In this document: piece by piece, positions 1-11,560 of the stretch
Layout: the number at the start of each line of letters is the position of its first letter
How positions within the stretch are numbered: position 1 is the first letter of the stretch
Assembly: GCA_951406725.2 (NCBI GenBank)
Contig: OX597814.1
Span: 136,090,001-136,154,000, forward strand
Length of the DNA: 64,000 nt
Reading direction: 5' to 3'
DNA from: Octopus vulgaris
Lineage: Eukaryota
Translations under genes and position numbers: made by a program
The notes under the pieces: generated by a model
The model's database searches: none
Told to the model about the DNA's origin: nothing
The model's input: only the letters and a program-made list of their open reading frames with translations

Positions 1-1378
1 CTAGTTGTCAAGTAGTGGTGAGGGACAAACACATATGTATATACATACATATATATGTACATATATATATATATATATCCAAATAAGCAACAAGTATATC
101 TTCGGTAATTTGGTACGATTGTTTCATGCTACTTCATTTTATTAAACATTGTAAGTATTACATCAGTTTTAAAATGTTGAGCAATCTTCAGCCATTTACA
201 GAAGTCTTCCATCAAACGGACAAACAGAGGGTATATATATATATATACACACACACACATATAATTACATATATGTATATGCTGAACTTGCCAGTTTCCA
301 TTTATCAAATCCACTCACAAGGCTTTGGTCAGCCAGGGGCTATAATGAATGATATCCACCCAAGATGTTGCACAGTGGGACTGAACTCAAGATCACATGA
401 TTGGGAAGCAAGCTTCTTACCTACATATCTATGCCTTTGCCTGTGATAGTTTTTGACTAACACCTTTGACACCCCCCACCACCACCTGTCTTTTTGCTCT
501 TGAAAGCTGATGGTATTTTCTTATCCTGACTATGTCTTGTTGCTATTTTATGAGTTTTACTAGAGTTCTTTCTTCATGTTGTATGGATGGTGAGAATTCA
601 AAGTTCTTGTGATGGCTGGCAAACAGAGTTAATAAAAGGTTTGCTTTCTAAATTCTGAGACCATCATAGGATATGACACACCTAAAGAAAGCCAGAAGGT
701 ACCAACAGCTGAAATGTGACTACAGTAACTAAGATGAGGACAACAGACTATATGGATCAGTGTGAAATAATAATTCTTTGTCAGAAATTTATATATGTGT
801 ATTTTCTTTTACTGGTTTCTACCACTGAACTGAAGCCATGCATAACAAACTTGTCAAATCACTAAGTTAAACTTTCTGACTGACACTCCCAGCCTTTTTT
901 TTTTTTTTTTTTTACATAACCTCACACCATAGTTTCAGATAGTTTCCATCTACCCAATTTTGCTTACAAGGCATAGGGTGATTTGAAGTTATATGTGAAA
1001 AATCACCTATTATACTTAAATCATTTATATTGTAGATTTAACAAAATGCAGAAACAATAACAAGCTAAACACTTTAAATATAATTCAAGTTTGAACTCTT
1101 ATTCTAAGATTACAGATCTTCTTCAGGTCACAGGAATTTCCACTATTTCTCAAACATATCACAACTAGAATAAGAAACTAATGAAAATATTTCATACAGC
1201 AACCTACATATCTATACAACCCATCATGAAAAATTTTAAAGTTTAAGAGGATCTTGAGAATATGCAGATAACTAACTAGACTGTTTCTCCAATCTTTGTT
1301 AAAATAACAATATAAATAGTTAAACTAACAACAGGAATGAGTTGAGATGAACACAGACTTTGACACAGAAACATTGAC

Positions 1379-1430
<52 letters not shown>

Positions 1431-4240
1431 CATGCTTAAGTGATTTCTGGAATAATGGAAAGATTGCAATCCAATATCTAAATCTTAGAACAGCTGCTGA
1501 CACACGTTACTTACATTTCCCAAGTGGTCAAAATTGAATTTAAACATAAATGTATTAAGTAAAAAAAAGAAACAGACTTCATCTTAATATTCATGCTATT
1601 GGCCATCTACCTAATTATGAATGTAAATGTCTTCAATTAAAAGATATTTTATCTTTTTTATTTCATGTCTGCTGCATCAATAAGACAACCTACTTGATCT
1701 TATTTTTCTCTGAATAATTCTTGACACTTTGTTTCTTTATCACTGACTATACTATAGCCTGTAAGGTATTTTTCTTATTGTAAAAGGACACATTTTACCA
1801 GCAAGCCACAATGCTATAAATATTCAGTTTCTATTCAGATATATTAAACTAGAAATATGAAAATGCAATTTATCGACAAAAAAAAAAAGGAAAAAAAAAA
1901 GAGCTTACTGGAAAACTAACTTCATTTGGCAATTTGTATTTACATGAATAAATTCAAAATTGGATTTTGGCTCTATTTATACTCATAAAAATCAATCAAT
2001 TATCAATTTGCATCAGCAGCAAGGTATGATCTACCAACATTTTGACACAGAAAATAAAGTGGCCAACATTTTTTGGAATAAGTTTTGAATTTTCAGTATA
2101 ATTTCATTTCAACTGTAAAGTGAATGCATTCTTTTGATTTCCAACAATGAAGTATTTGAAATGTTCACATATGCATTATTGTTGATAAACTCCAAGAATA
2201 CCACAATATTTTACTGAAAATGTGATGATGTGGAGTGGGGGAATGGAGTGCTCATCAAGGCTCTATAAGAGCATGATATAGTTGACAGATTTAAAATTTG
2301 GGAACTTCTTTGGTAACGGATTTGGAATAATGGATGTTATGATGAGATAAATACAGTCCAAATGTTTGCATGAAGTTGTACTTTCAAGTGATTCTAATGC
2401 AAACATCTACTAAGAGCCACCCATATTCCATGGGTTCTTGAGTTTGTATTACATGGCAGACATGGTGTTATATATCTTTAGGTCCATAAAACTACAGGTA
2501 TCAATTCACCTGGGAGATAAACCTATGATGACCAAGCCAATTAGGGAACAGCTAGCATGGCCAACTACAAATTGCTGCCAAATCCCTCACAAACCAACCT
2601 TGAAAATCATGAAAACATACATGCTGTTTAATGCAGTTTGGGGTACGTTGAAACAAGAAATACTGAGGTAGCTATGGTCATACGACGATAGAAAGTATCC
2701 GGCCAAGAGGGAGATTAACCTCATGGATCTTCTTGCAATAAACCAGCATAGTGTTAAAAATAGAAAGACAGCATTTCCTGAGGGATCTAATCTATCATCA
2801 TCATCGTTTAACGCCAACTTTCCATGCTAGCATGGGTTGGACGATTTTGACTGAGGGCTGGCGAACCAGATGGCTGCATCAGGCTCCAATCTTGATCTGG
2901 CAGAGTTTCTACAGCTGGATGCCCTTCCTAACGCCAACCACTCCGAGAGTGTAGTGGGTGCTTTTACGTGCCACCGGCATGGGGCCAGTCAGGCGGTACT
3001 GGCAATGACCTTGCTCGAATCTTTTGCACATGCCACCGGCACAGGTGCCAGAAAGGCGATGCTGGTAATGATCACGCTCGAATGGTGTCTTTTACGTGCC
3101 CACATGCATACACACCCATTCTTGTAATGCATTAGACTAGCAGCAACATCTCTATTTACATTAGTTCGCAAGCAAAACTTCTGTAGAAGCTTTTGTCCAG
3201 GAGGAAAGCGTCTGTAGGCTGCTTAAGCTTAAAAAACAGTATTCAGACTAAAAGCAAAACATTTCTTACTTACATTTTATGTTCTGAATAAAATTCTTGC
3301 AGATAAGTAAAGCTAGAAGTAAAAGTTTGTGTTGATGATGCAAGCTCTAAGTGAAACACTTATGTATTGTTAAAGTGATGTAGATATATAAATGTTGAAG
3401 CACAGAAAAAAGTACTAAGAGAACACTATAAGGAAAATGCTTAGGATTGACAAGAAGAGTATATGGAAGATGTCCATGTTTTATACTGGCTTTCATTGAG
3501 TGTACAGTATAGGTAAAGAATTGAGTGAAACTAAGTCACTTATTTTCTGTTATTTCAGCTCTACTACCTTATTTCTTCTTCCCCTATTTTTATTGCTCTT
3601 TCTCTCTCTCTCTCATATACACATAAATGAATGGCTTCATTTTACAAATACAAAAATGATTTCTATCGAGATGGAATCACCAGATATTACTTATTTTAGC
3701 AATGCTGCAAGAAAAGAGGACAAAGTCAACTCTGGCAGAGTTTTGAATTCAAAACAGCAAAGTAAATATGCAAGATATTATCAGGCATCTAAATTAGATT
3801 TGAGCTTATTTGGCCAAACAACAACAACAACAACAACAACAATAGTAAAGAAATGTGGGAAGCAAAAATGAGATAGAAAAAAAGGACAAAACTATGGTTG
3901 AATAAAGCATGACATACCCCCCCTCTAAGATTGTTGACTAAGCCATTCTCAGCTACTTATACAAGCAACAATTAATACAGATGAGTCAATTGCTCAACTT
4001 GCTAGAAAATAGTAACCAATTCTTCATATCACAACCTACTACTTTTTGAAAAAAAAGAAAGATTCATTAAATGATGTTGTTATAAATAGAAAAAAACAAA
4101 CAAACTATAAATGAAAAAAAAAAGACAGTATAGTCACAACTAGAATACTAATGATCAAAGATCTACTCAATCGGAACTCATTTTGGACTAAACAACAACA
4201 ACAATAACAACATCAACAACAATTAATAAGGGCTACTCAC

Positions 4241-4390
4241 TCCTTACAAGCTGCTCTGTGGGTGCAGAGCTAGGGTGTTGCTCATTGCAAAGCTGCGCAT
4301 CTGACTGATCGCGACAGTGTGACCTGCCGTTACACACTAACGACTGGTCAGACTGACAGGTAGAGCCATCACAGTAGAATGTGCACACAT
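4241..4390 (-). CDS. Internal coding exon: LDL-receptor class A (LDLa) module plus short stalk
   Basis: Acceptor gtttgctgtttcag|AT and donor AGGA|gtgagt bound a 150-nt phase 1-1 exon. It encodes VCTFYCDGSTCQSDQSLVCNGRSHCRDQSDAQLCNEQHPSSAPTEQLVR, with six Cys in LDLa spacing, F-x-C and D-x-S-D. Confidence 0.85.
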
Positions 4391-5046
4391 CTGAAACAGC
4401 AAACACTGCCGCTTTAGTCATTCAGTAAAGACATAAAAGGGGAGACAATACATGAAGGAACAATGAGGTTTGTGTTAACTGGGGATTTGGCACTAGAGAA
4501 GGATTGGTAATAATTGGTGCAAATACTAGCAGAGAACAATGTAGTCAATACTAAGGTAGAAATGAGGGGCTGATACCAAGGTTAAAAGGTAGTGGGTGGC
4601 TTTGTGGTTGATATGAAAGTTGAACTGTGATACAGAAATTTAGTGAAGTGGAATAAATTACTTTGAGAAGGAGAGAAAATATTTGTAGACAGAATTGAAT
4701 AGAATTATTTATTCAGTACTATCAATAAACATTTAATCTATCTTTATATGCTAGCTCCTACCTGAAATACCAGACTTTTCTTCCTCACAGTGTGAATATT
4801 TTACACTTATTATTTGCCACTACAGATCACCACTAGTTTCCTTGGAATCTATTTCTTACCTTTGAAGTGTGGCAATTGTCTAATACAGGTACAACACTGA
4901 TTTTTTTGGACACAGAAGGTCTGGAATCTTTTATAATTTGCACTAATTTATAAGCAGGACTTAAAATTTCAGTGGCTGCTGGACTAGTTTACTGGGCAGC
5001 CTTGTTTTACAATATCTTGTAGAGTGTATTATTAATAAACTTGTAA

Positions 5047-5262
5047 GGTGGTGAGCTGGCAGAATCGTTAGCATGCTGGGCAAAATGCTTAGCGACATTT
5101 CAACCCTCTTTACACTATGAATTCAAATTCTGCTGAGGTTGACTCTGCTTTTCGTTCCTTTGGGGTTGATTAAATGAATACCAGTTGAACACTGGAATTG
5201 AGATAATCAACTTACCCCCACCTCCCCAAATGGCTGGCCTAATGCCAAAATTTGAAACCAAT
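5047..5262 (+). mobile_element. tRNA-derived SINE, family 2 (MetaSINE-like central domain)
   Basis: It has a GGTGGTGAGCTGGCAGAATCGTTAGC head, a TTCAAATTC B box and a GCCTTTCATCCTTTCGGGGTCGATAAAATAAGTACCA-like core, which I recall as the Meta domain. Many copies occur, e.g. 15990-16150, 36920-37290, 41520-41690 and 49070-49290. Confidence 0.65.
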
Positions 5263-7571
5263 ATTAATAAACTTGTATCATTTACTAATGTGCACGTATT
5301 TCATTTAATTATAGAAGTAAAATTAATATTTGTTTAATTTAAACCTCAGGTTTGGGAAAATCAGTTATCTGGAAATATGTTGGAACCAAAGGTTCTGGAA
5401 TATCAATGTTGTACTTGTACCAAGATAAGGAATCATAGATATTAAATCAAAGAAGAGCTACACTCTGAGGCAGTTATTGATCACAACATAAAACTGGTAC
5501 AGGTATTTATATCTCCGCATACTTCAAAAAAGATATGGAGTGTGTCCCCCAAAGAAAAGTAGCTGAAAGAAAACTCAAAGGGCTATTGACATGAGTGGTG
5601 TACTGAATGCTGTATATAAAACATTTTTAATTTACAAAATTTTCTTCCAAGGAAAACAAAACCTGGCATCACTTGTTAACAACTCTGAAGGAGGATGGGA
5701 GATAATTTCAAGAAACTTAAAAAAAATAATTCATTATTGAACCGACAAGCTTATTTATGGTAGTGTAGTTGTAAAGCTTGATTCCCAACCATGTAGTCTT
5801 GGGTTCAGTCCACTGCATCACACCTTAAGCAAACACCTACCAACCCCAGGTTGACTAAAGCTTTGCTAGTGGATTTGGTAGATAGAAACTGAAAGAAGCC
5901 TGTCATATATATATATAAGTGTGTGTGTGTGTGTTTATGTTTGTCCTCCATCTCTGCTTGATAACCAGTGCTGATTTGTTTACATTTCTGTAACTTAGCA
6001 GTTTGGCAAAAAGAGACTGCTAGAATAAGTACCTGGTTTAGAAAAAAAAATGTACTAGGATTGAGTTGGTTGACTAAACCCTTCAAGGTGGTACTCCAGC
6101 ATGGTCACAGTCCAATGATAAAAGGTGTAGTGTATGAGGAGTTTATTATAGTGTGCAAGCTTATATATATATTGGAGCAGGGGAGCAAAATGAGGCTTCT
6201 AAATATTGAGATTTTAAGATTTAAACTCTTACAATAAAAAATTTTAAATATGATGGTTGACAAAGCATTTAAATATAAAGGTGAAAATGAAAATGGAAGT
6301 ATGAAGGGAAAAGAGGCAGACATAAGAGAAGAGAAAGAAAGGGAGGTAAAGAGGAGACAAAGCTGAGTTAAGTAAGGTATCATTATCCTTATCAGAAGCC
6401 AACAGAAACATTGGTATAAATATTAATAGGTCTGCCAGTCACATTCTTGTAGCTCTTAAGAATTTAGTAAATGTTATTAATCACATTTCTAGTGTTTCAT
6501 TATATAAAGTTTGTAACTGTGCATTATCCTACTACAACAATGCCTTAAAAGAAAGTGATTTATTTGGGAAAAAACAATATATTTCTCCCTATAATAATTC
6601 ATAAAGCCTTGAAAATCACCATGCAAAAGTAACATAACTTGGTTTAACCCTCCATGTAAACTTGCTGTGGCATTATATATTGCAAAAATTTCCTTAAAAC
6701 CTGTACTGAGATACTTTCTAATTTGTTACAAGCACCAGTAAATGTTTGGTAAAAACTTTCTGAAATATCAACTATAATTGTACAAGCAACAAAAAAGATA
6801 TGGTTTTTGGTTTTAAAAATAATATAATCGTACTAGTTCAACTCATGCCCACTTAGTGGCAAATGCCTCAGCATAGATTTGGTATATTGCACTTAGATGA
6901 AAGTGGCAGATATCAAACAATGTTCTTTAGTATCAACAGAACATACCTTTAAGAGTAAATACATACACAACATATTTTTAAGCCCATGGAGAAAATGAAC
7001 ACTACTCCTCTTTCACAGCATGTCGGGAAACTAAAAGACATGGTTAGTGGTCAAATTCGCCAAATCATATTTTGCTGCATCTGGATTGTGCTGCTTGTGA
7101 GAAATTCTTCATATTGTCAGAACCGCCCTAGCATCATCTTCTATCACTCTACCACTCTTTTGTATGGGGGTTTTGGTACCAGATCTGTCTGTTTCCTATA
7201 CTTTTAAACACTGCCCTTCTTTGCTATCAGCTATTACTCTCTTTCTCTCCAACATGTCACTCTGCTGCTTTTTCTTACCATCAGCCATCACTATTGTCTA
7301 TCTCGTTTTCTTTTACAATCACCCATCTTTATCGCTTTCCTTCAATCGTCTTTCTCTCAATATTCTTCTGTCTAATAATGTCACTCACGTCTTTTTACTA
7401 CTATTGAATACTACAAAAAAAGAAACAAACAAAAAAGCCCAAAAAAAGAAACACAAAAGGTTACTTATCATTGTCACTTTTCCACTGCTTCTCTCTACCA
7501 TAGTCTTGCAATTATTCCTTTGTTTCTCTCATCATACTATACTATCTTCTTTGATGTTTCCCCCCACTTCA

Positions 7572-7610
<39 letters not shown>

Positions 7611-9069
7611 CTATTTATCTATGTCAGCTCTCTCTTTCTCTCTATGTCACTTCTCTTCTATTCACCATTTCAATCTTCTTTGTAAAGGAAAACCAGAAAG
7701 GTACAAATGCAGCTGAAATATCAATACATTTTCATAACTTTTTGCCTGTAAAATACTCTTACAAGAGTGCTCTTTTCTTCCTAATCTCTTTTTACTTTGA
7801 TATATTATTAATCTAAACAATACCTTTGACATCATCATAATTTTAACATTCACTTTTTTATGGTTACATGGATCAGGCCAAATTTGTTGAGGCAGGTTGT
7901 CTACAGCTGGATGTCCTTCCTGTTGCCAACCCTCACCTATTACCAAGTAAGGTGATATTTTCATGTCAAGGCACAGAGACAGTAACACACACACATGCAC
8001 AATTCTCCTATACTTCATCATCGTTTAATGTTCACTTTCCATGTTGGCATGGGTTGGAAGATTTGACAAGAGCTGGAAGATGGCATCAAGATCTACTGTC
8101 TACTTTAGCATGCTTGGTATGGCTAAATGCCCTGCCTAATACTAATTAGTTTACAAAGTGTACTGGGTGCTTTTTTATGTGACAGCAGCACTAGTGAAGT
8201 CATCATATATATATTTGTGTGTGATGGGCTTCTTTCATTTTCCATCTACCAAAGCCATTCACAAGGCCCGGGGCTATAGAAAAAGATACTTGCCCAAGGT
8301 GCCATGCAATGGGATTGAAACTTGAAACCATGTTATTGAGAAGCTAACTTCTTATCACACAACCATGCCAGCCGACTGGCATCCAGCTGTAAGTCACTAC
8401 CTCAAAAAAGTTGTTTCATCTAACCCATGCCAGCATAGAAATATAAGTACTTTTAGTTAGTATTTACTTTTTTAATTTCTTTTCATCTTAGCCAAATTTA
8501 TATTTCAACACATCACTCTAAACATGAATTTATTTTCATATTTACTGAGGCCTTTGATAAAATACTTTACGAAAAATTAAAAAAAATCTTTGCTATCTTT
8601 GCTACAAAAAAAAAAAAAAAATCTTTGGTATGTTGGTGGAAGCTTTATTTTCATTATTTTTGTTTATTGTCTAGCCTCAGGTTAGTGTCCTGACTGAGCA
8701 GTCTTATGATGAAAGGCATTCCATCAATGTTCTATTTCAAGACAGCAGGGTGTTATTTGACTGCTATTTCTAGCTGCTTGAGTGATCATAGAGAAGTCTG
8801 CTTATTGGTTGGTATTACATTATTAATATATGTGAATTTATCTTTTCACCATGAGAAAATACAGCACTCAAGAACCCTTTTCAGAGTCCCTGTAACAGAT
8901 GGGAATGTAGTATCCTTGTCTGAATGATTGCAACAAATTGGATTCCATCCAGCATTAAATAGACAATGCATACCTATTTAGATATAGTACATACCACTGC
9001 TGGTGAATATATAATTCTGTCAATATAGTTCTATATTTAAGAGATGAGGAATTATGCACGTTATTTACA

Positions 9070-9178
9070 TTATTTACATTTGACGGATATTTGTCCTCAT
9101 CTTGTTTGTTGTTAACAAACCGAAACGTTGTATTGATAACAAACAAGATGAGGACAAATATCCGTCGAATTTAAATAA
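9070..9178. repeat. Fold-back inverted repeat
   Basis: A perfect 29-bp core (9082-9110 / 9138-9166) extends to imperfect arms of about 46 bp. Confidence 0.9.
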
Positions 9179-9439
9179 GGTAAATGCTGTACAATTCTGC
9201 TGATATTTTTTTAATCTTTTACTTGTTTCAGCTATTAGACTGCAGCCATGCTGGGGCACCGCCTTGAATTTTTATTCGAATGAATCAATCCCAGGATTTA
9301 TTTTTTTTAAAGACTGATACATATCCTATCGATTTCTTTTACCAAACTGCTAAGTTATGGGGACATAAATATACCAACACTAGTTGTCAAGCAGTGGTGG
9401 GGGATGAACACAAGGACATACAGATATATATATATGTAT

Positions 9440-9742
9440 GGAGGCGCAATGACCCAGTGGTTAGGGCAGCAGACTCGCGGTCGGAGGATCGTGGTTTCAA
9501 TTCCCAAACCGGGCGTTGTGTGTGATTATTAAGCAAAAACACCTAAAAGCACCACGAGGCTCCGGCAAGGGGTGGTGGCAACCCCTGTTGTACTCTTTCA
9601 CTACAACTTTCTCCCACTCTCTCTTCCTGTTTCTTGAGTAACACTGCGATGGACTGGCGTCCCGTCCAGCAGGGGGGAACACATACGCCACAGAAATCAG
9701 GCCCATGAGCCTGGCTAGGCTTGAAAAGGGCGATGTTTATCG
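9440..9742 (+). mobile_element. tRNA-derived SINE, family 4 (V-domain-like)
   Basis: It has a tRNA-like head GGCGCAATGACCCAGTGGTTAGGGCAGCAGACTCGCGGTC..GTTTCAATTCC and CTGCGATGGACTGGCGTCCCGTCCAG, which resembles the V-SINE domain. Its 3' half recurs at about 56615-56760. Confidence 0.7.
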
Positions 9743-10227
9743 TTTTTATATATACATGTACAACACACACATACATATATGTACAACATGCTATCAAATT
9801 CACTCACAAGGCTTTGTCCCAAGGTGCCACAGTGGGACTGAACCTAGAACTATATGGTTAAGAAGCAAAAGCAAGCTTCTTACCATGCAGTCATGCTTAC
9901 CACTTAATATAATGCTAACATTAGAATGTGTTCATTACTTTGAAAACAACATAATCACACCCATAAAGTAGGCAGTAGTAATTTAACCCAAGCTCATCAA
10001 TAGTTGAGAATACCTATGATCAAAGTTATTCCAAATATGACCTCATGCTTTTATATTCCAAGGACAAAATATCCAGTATGTGTATATCCTCTATTTAAGA
10101 CGGTAGGGTGCAATATAAGGGAAATTTGGTGTCTATTCCTAGCAAGTTGGTTGACCTCCAAAAGGTTCTCATGTTGACTCAAGCTCTTAGTGGGTTTTAT
10201 GAATTTGTACAGCAATACCCTTTTCAC

Positions 10228-10430
10228 TGTTAGCTGTTGGGATACTACATCCTTCAAAAGGCTTCCATGCCTCTTGAAATTCTCCAAGAATACATCCCAT
10301 GCGTCCCACCCTCGATTTTTTTAAAGACTTATTCCCTGTTCACTTTCTGTGCATTTATTATATACAGTTCTTGCAGTTTTGGTTTTATGATGAGTTACAG
10401 AGCACCTGAGCACTGTATACAATAAATTCT
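10228..10430 (+). mobile_element. Old 3' fragment related to the 45840-48377 LINE
   Basis: gatgagttacagagcacctgagcactgtatacaat matches gatgagttgtagtgcacctgagcactgtacacaat at about 48318-48352, and the upstream part resembles the ORF2 C-terminus. Confidence 0.65.
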
Positions 10431-11159
10431 TTATATCTTTTACATGCTAATTCTTTTGTCATTATAAATGAAGGCTTCATATGTTGATAGCTAAATTCTC
10501 CCAATAAGAGAGTCTGTACAGAGTAAAGAATATATATTTAATACATGCAAAAATAAATTGCTCTAATAACTTTATTAAAATTCATTTTAAAAGTTGTTAG
10601 TGAATCACACAAAGCTTGAAAATTAACTAAATGAAAATTAAAAAGATTTTAAAAATTACTATGATGAAATTTATAAAGAACAGCATATTTAATCTTGCAT
10701 TGGTTAAATTAGCACTAATTGAGGTTGCATACATAATGTAGGTTTAAATTTTGGGTAGTCAATAAACGAAGATATTTCGAAGATGCAATTACAACTAGGA
10801 AACCACTGAATTTACTCATTATCAGAAGCAAAAATCTGCTTTTTGGTAAAGTTTAGAGATTAAAACCTGCATTTTCAGTCCAACACAAAATATGTTGGTT
10901 TTGAATTCACTCTATTGCTGAGTACCCAGAAATCCCTACATAGCAACAAGACTGCGAAATGACAGCTTATGAATACCTCAAAGGCCTAGCACATAGATAT
11001 ATAGATGTAAAATGTTTAAAGTGTTTGTATGTGTTGAATTTCAATGTTTGATCAAACACCGTTGTTATTGCTCTGGTGGGAGAGGGTCGATTTAATCAAC
11101 TTAGCCCTTCTCCCAAAATTGCTGGCCTTGTACCAAAATTTGAAATCATCATTATTATT

Positions 11160-11560
11160 GCATGAGAGAGCAGTGCATGACAGAGGTACAAATATACGAA
11201 ACCCAATATACTGATCCGATAAGGGTACACCGGAACAGCATAAGACCTTGCAGGTGGGGCCCAGTTAGAATTTTTTCAGGTTGAGTAGCCCATCATGCTC
11301 AAAAGGTCCTTGAATAAAGGTTGCTTAAGGATGTTGAGTGAAACACCCATGTTTCCAGAGGTGATTTATTCAAACCCTAAAGAATTCCTCTCAACATATG
11401 GCTATGATGTTCCCCAACTACTCCTACTCAGAGATGCACATATTGTCAGTCTCAACTGGTTAAGGTGAAAAAACTGACAAGCAAATCTGTGGTATTGAGC
11501 AGAATATTTGTTATCACCCATCTCTTTTACACCAAGACAAAACATGTACATGATGACACT
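11160..11560. repeat. Dispersed repeat, probably a LINE-derived fragment, with an inverted copy at about 41030-41495
   Basis: cccagttagaattttttcaggttgagtagcccatc..cacccatgtttccaga matches the reverse complement of 41220-41330. Confidence 0.7.

Noticed and set aside
2587-2817. Hydrophobic minus-strand ORF (NAVFLFLTLCWFIARR) as the TM exon after LDLa
   Set aside because: It is in phase at an AG near 2778, but the acceptor is weak, abuts a SINE tail and the hydrophobic run is only about 12 aa. It cannot be supported without transcripts.
3268-3290. Possible micro-exon or terminal exon ttttattcag|AACATAAAAT|gtaagt
   Set aside because: Such short signals arise by chance in AT-rich DNA.
7164-7685. 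173-aa hydrophobic ORF
   Set aside because: It is low-complexity CT-rich and (CA)n sequence with no domain motif or splice support.
9440-9515. tRNA gene candidates here and at about 50620-50688
   Set aside because: There is no closed acceptor stem or terminator, and they continue into SINE bodies.
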